DNA of 64,000 nt, from positions 1 through 64,000 of the forward strand of contig DATMBG010000012.1 of NCBI GenBank assembly GCA_035559535.1, written 5' to 3'. Of this stretch, positions 60,519-64,000 are shown piece by piece. The translations under genes were made by a program, and so were the position numbers. Below the pieces are notes generated by a model, which had not been told where the DNA came from, did no database searches, and saw only the letters and a program-made list of their open reading frames with translations. The DNA comes from Candidatus Limnocylindrales bacterium. GTDB lineage: Bacteria; Moduliflexota; Moduliflexia; Moduliflexales; JAUQPW01. Every line of letters begins with the position of its first letter. Position 1 is the stretch's first letter.

Positions 60519-62141
60519 TTAATGCACACGTTTCTCGTACCCCTTCCACTCTTTCTCCCGTAACACATACTTTTGGATTTTTCCTGTGGAAGTTTTGGGC
60601 AGCTCGCAGAACTCTACCACTTTAGGGCATTTATAATGGGCCAGGTGTTCTCGACAGAAATTAATGAGATCCTGTTCCGTTGGATGAGTTCCTGGTTTAG
60701 GTGTGACAAAGGCTTTGGGGACTTCTCCCCATTTCTCGTCGGGGATGGCAATCACAGCGGCTTCCAGGACATCGGGGTGTTTATAGAGAACGTTCTCCAC
60801 TTCGATGGTTGAGATGTTCTCCCCACCACTGATAATAATATCCTTTTTTCGATCTTTAAGCTCCATATATCCATCGGGATGAAGTACCGCTAAATCACCG
60901 CTATGGAACCAACCACCCTGAAACGCCGCTTCGGTGGCCTCCGGATCTTTGAAATACCCCTTCATGACAGTATTTCCTCGCATGACTACCTCTCCCATGG
61001 TTTTACCATCGGCGGGTACCTCCTTCAGATGGGCATCGACAACTCGAAAAAGTTTCGCCGTAATATGGGAGACCCCCTGACGGGCCATCAACCGGGCCTG
61101 AGTTTCTTGATCCAGAGTATCCCAGTGGGGTTGCCACTCACAGACCGTATTAGGTCCGTAGGTTTCGGTCAAACCGTAAAGGTGAATGACTTGGATTCCC
61201 ATTCCTTCCATCTTTTGGATGATGGTCGGCGAAGGGGGAGCTCCTCCCGTTGCTACCTTAATCGGGTGGGAAAATCGAATTTGATTGGCCATGGGATGAT
61301 GGGCTAAACCAATGAGGACCACGGGGGCTCCACAGAAATGAGATACCCGTTCCTTTTCAATCAGCCGAAAGACCTGCTCGGGGTCTACTTTTCGTAAGCA
61401 AATATGGGTTCCTCCCGTGGCAGTTACGCCCCACGTGAAGCACCAACCATTACAGTGAAACATGGGAAGTGTCCAGAGATAAACGCTCCGACTATTCAAC
61501 CCTAACTCCAGGGCATCTCCCAGGGCATTCAGATAAGCTCCTCGATGGGTGTACATGACTCCCTTGGGTTGACCTGTGGTTCCACTGGTGTAATTGATGG
61601 TGATGGTTTCGTTCTCATCCTCAGGCCAGGTTCCGGGGAGTTCTTCTTTCCCTTCTTGAAGAAAAGTTTCATAATCGGGACCTGGTAGAAGGGGAGAGGA
61701 CCGAGTCATTCCCGTGTTTTCATCTACCACGTTAACCCAGGTGGTAACACTCTTCATTTTTTCCTGGATAGGCTGGATGAAGCGTGCAAATTCGACATCT
61801 ACAAAAAAAGCCTTGGCCTCGGCATGGTTTATAATATAGGCAATTTCCTCCGGGCTGAGTCGGATGTTGATGGCCACTAGGATACCTCCGGCCAGGGGAA
61901 CCCCATAATGGGCTTCCAAAAGTGGAGGAGTATTGGGCACTAAAAAGGCGACCCGGTCTCCTTTGGTAACTCCTGCTTTTTGTAAGGCATGGGCCAGTCG
62001 ATGAACTCTTTGGGAGAATTGCCGATAGGTATACCGGGTCTCGTTGTAAATAATGGCCGTTTTTTCCGGAAAAACATAGGTACTCCGCTCTAAGAAGCTT
62101 AAGGGAGTTAAGGGTACGTAATTTATACCAGGCTGAATCAT
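60519..62141 (-). CDS. Acyl-CoA synthetase (AMP-binding)
   Basis: PLTPLSFLER, YTSGTTGQPKG, YGLTE, SGD, ISGGENISTIEVE, PKTSTGK. Confidence 0.95.
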   Translation of the reverse strand: MIQPGINYVPLTPLSFLERSTYVFPEKTAIIYNETRYTYRQFSQRVHRLAHALQKAGVTKGDRVAFLVPNTPPLLEAHYGVPLAGGILVAINIRLSPEEIAYIINHAEAKAFFVDVEFARFIQPIQEKMKSVTTWVNVVDENTGMTRSSPLLPGPDYETFLQEGKEELPGTWPEDENETITINYTSGTTGQPKGVMYTHRGAYLNALGDALELGLNSRSVYLWTLPMFHCNGWCFTWGVTATGGTHICLRKVDPEQVFRLIEKERVSHFCGAPVVLIGLAHHPMANQIRFSHPIKVATGGAPPSPTIIQKMEGMGIQVIHLYGLTETYGPNTVCEWQPHWDTLDQETQARLMARQGVSHITAKLFRVVDAHLKEVPADGKTMGEVVMRGNTVMKGYFKDPEATEAAFQGGWFHSGDLAVLHPDGYMELKDRKKDIIISGGENISTIEVENVLYKHPDVLEAAVIAIPDEKWGEVPKAFVTPKPGTHPTEQDLINFCREHLAHYKCPKVVEFCELPKTSTGKIQKYVLREKEWKGYEKRVH

Positions 62142-62181
62142 GGATTCCTCCTTATGGGGGAGGGGGGATCCCGCTCCTTTA

Positions 62182-62565
62182 CTAAGGACTGGATTCGGGA
62201 GGAAGACGTCTCCGACGGATCCCCCCTTTGTCGATGATTACAATGGAATTGGATAATTCGATACTTGCCGTGGTTTCAAGTACCTGTTTCAAGTATTTTA
62301 TAACCTCCTGTTCGCTATAATTTCCGCCTCGAAAGAGAATCAGACCGGGTCCTTCGGCCTGTGCTAAAGTCAGAATTTTGGAATAGTTCAAATCCAGCGT
62401 AGCTACTGTGATGACAATACGATGCTCCTTTCGGGCATAGGCTAAAAGAGCCGCATCTGAGTCTCGACTCAGTCCCCGGTCAATGGCATGAATGGCGTCG
62501 TGGCCTTGCAGGATAAGCCAAAAGGCCAACTCCGGAGATAGCATCAAATCGACAAGAAATCTCAT
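62182..62565 (-). CDS. DUF5615 PIN-like toxin (VapC45-like)
   Basis: MRFLVD..LSP, GHDAIH, SD..LL.YA..E.R; 4-nt overlap with the upstream gene. Confidence 0.82.
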   Translation of the reverse strand: MRFLVDLMLSPELAFWLILQGHDAIHAIDRGLSRDSDAALLAYARKEHRIVITVATLDLNYSKILTLAQAEGPGLILFRGGNYSEQEVIKYLKQVLETTASIELSNSIVIIDKGGIRRRRLPPESSP

Positions 62566-62786
62566 GGCAAAAATTCGACCGTTTCTTCTTCTGCAAGGCG
62601 AGCTGCATACCCTAAAGCCTCTAAAATATCTTCGGCTTCCAGGTAAGGATAGGCTCTCAGGATGGTTTCTTGGGTCTCTCCGGAGGCTAAAAGCCCCAGC
62701 AAGCGTGAAACCGGGAAACGAAGCTCACGGATACAGGGTTTACCACTACATACCCGGGGATCTACGGTAATACGTTCGAATCTCAT
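62562..62786 (-). CDS. DUF433 antitoxin (VapB45-like)
   Basis: RITVDP.VCSGKPCIR..R.PV, YPYL..EDI..AL.YAA; ATG at 62786. Confidence 0.9.
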   Translation of the reverse strand: MRFERITVDPRVCSGKPCIRELRFPVSRLLGLLASGETQETILRAYPYLEAEDILEALGYAARLAEEETVEFLP

Positions 62787-63025
62787 CTGCTTCTGATTTA
62801 GAAATTTATTGATTACCGGAGGGTCAGAAGTCGAAATGCCACCGGACCCCTGACTTCTCATCCTAAATCTAAATAGAAAGGTTGTCTAACCTGCCGGGCG
62901 ATCCTGGGGATCACCCTTAAACAGGAAACCCACCTCACCCTCCCCCTCGTTCCCCTCTCCTGAAGCTTCAGAAGAAGGAAAAGAAAGTGAGGCCTGCAAG
63001 GTTCAACAGAGAAATGGTATAACAC

Positions 63026-64000
63026 CTAAAATACTTTCCTGGGTTGGAGTAAACCCATTTCTATACTTGTTTCCTCTCGGATAGAGAACTCTAAGGGATG
63101 ATGGGTAATATTTAAATAAGCTGTCTCATCACCAGGGTGATAAGAAGGTAGAAAATAAAAGTAGACTTGATAACGATGCCGACCGTTATCAACCGTTAAT
63201 AGATCAAAAAGATGTCCAATACGGATAAAAAGCTGTTTACTCCCATCAGGTAAGAGGTTCATGGTATCTATATAGACAAGTTCCCCCTTCAGTTGGCTCA
63301 ACGTAGGCCCCCGTTGAATAACGGTCATAAAACTCCCCTGTTTGCCTGTAAGTACCGACCATTCTTGATGGCTACGATCCAGATTTTTTTCGGCCTCCGA
63401 CATGACCCCGTCTAAAACCACTCCCTGCCGGTTATTGGAGTTATAGAATTTCATCCCCAGGGCGTTTTCGTTAAAGTCCAGAGCTCCCAGTACCGAGGCC
63501 TGCGAACAGTAGCGACTCAATTTAATGGGGCTATGGATAATATTGGTATAGTAAAAGTGATTTAAGTAATAAATAGAATCCACTTCTTCCGAAGGAAGCT
63601 TAATTCCCAAGATAAGTTCCAGTTCAGGTTTACCTCGTATGATCACCCGGACGGGTCCATCTTTGTAAGCACTCAGTCTGAATCGGATATCGTCTTCATC
63701 TCGCTTGAAGGTTTTAATGGCTCCTAACAAGAAAAACCATTCCAATCGAGCCCGCCCTTCTATACGGGATTTTTTGATGAGATTCTTTCCATTCCCCCCT
63801 CCGGCTTCCGTGATGAGGAGTTTCGTATAGTAGGCTCCTTCCGGCGGAGAGCTGACCAGATAATAATCGGTTGAAATGATATGTTCGCTGGAACTAAGGG
63901 TATATCGAACATAGTCCAGAGGAGATCTTTCCGGAGGATTAGAAAAATAAAAGACATATGCCCAGCCTCGACAGGCTGTTAAAGGGTCTCGAACCTCGAC
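63026..64000 (-). CDS. Hypothetical protein, 5' end outside the window
   Basis: The frame of the listed 63026-63745 ORF stays open to position 64000 (VEVRDPLTACRGWAYVFYFSNPPERSPLDYVRY...). Confidence 0.8.
   Translation of the reverse strand, partial: VEVRDPLTACRGWAYVFYFSNPPERSPLDYVRYTLSSSEHIISTDYYLVSSPPEGAYYTKLLITEAGGGNGKNLIKKSRIEGRARLEWFFLLGAIKTFKRDEDDIRFRLSAYKDGPVRVIIRGKPELELILGIKLPSEEVDSIYYLNHFYYTNIIHSPIKLSRYCSQASVLGALDFNENALGMKFYNSNNRQGVVLDGVMSEAEKNLDRSHQEWSVLTGKQGSFMTVIQRGPTLSQLKGELVYIDTMNLLPDGSKQLFIRIGHLFDLLTVDNGRHRYQVYFYFLPSYHPGDETAYLNITHHPLEFSIREETSIEMGLLQPRKVF

Noticed and set aside
1264-61307. Numerous 60-160 aa antisense or off-frame ORFs inside long genes
   Set aside because: Shadow ORFs fully overlapping well-supported CDSs, with no independent evidence.
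63760-63957. 65-aa ORF suggesting a frameshifted gene upstream of 63026-63745
   Set aside because: The main frame is open to the window end, so this is an off-frame shadow ORF and not a pseudogene.

Overview
Chromosomal window from a diderm (Gram-negative-type) bacterium of moderate GC (roughly mid-40s percent by eye); the lineage cannot be assigned from the sequence alone. I found no prophage, transposase, integrase or CRISPR array. Contents in order: a metal-uptake operon (outer-membrane protein, two tandem cluster A-I binding proteins, ATPase, permease); tRNA-Leu(CAG)-tsaE; minCDE; a BON lipoprotein; an NTT-HEAT-2x cNMP transporter fusion; a GDH-family enzyme; an acyl-CoA carboxylase beta subunit; a long TPR protein; a hybrid histidine kinase; glcDEF; an aldehyde dehydrogenase; a pteridine-reductase-like SDR with queD and a queC-like gene; a Tat-exported MBL hydrolase; a CHASE2 class III cyclase with a FecR-TPR-beta-barrel receptor and a 70-aa Cys-motif peptide; PLD-VTT; several unknown small genes; GlcG/HbpS; MoxR; mlaEFD plus a TPR lipoprotein; an XRE regulator; GTP-PEPCK; crotonase; two J-domain proteins; an acyl-CoA synthetase; and a DUF433/DUF5615 toxin-antitoxin pair. 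Intergenic DNA is dense in REP-like palindromes, MITE-like elements and 7-8 bp tandem/inverted repeats. The most interesting signals are: (1) the receptor-cyclase-peptide module, whose cyclase has swapped base-specificity residues (K->D, T->R); (2) a NikR-like dyad shared by the metal operon and a divergent ~100-nt sRNA/attenuator carrying an anti-SD/anti-AUG seed; (3) a queE-less SDR-queD-queC cluster; (4) two 6S-like RNA rods; (5) a REP translated inside glcF. All functional calls are from motif recognition only; no searches were run.
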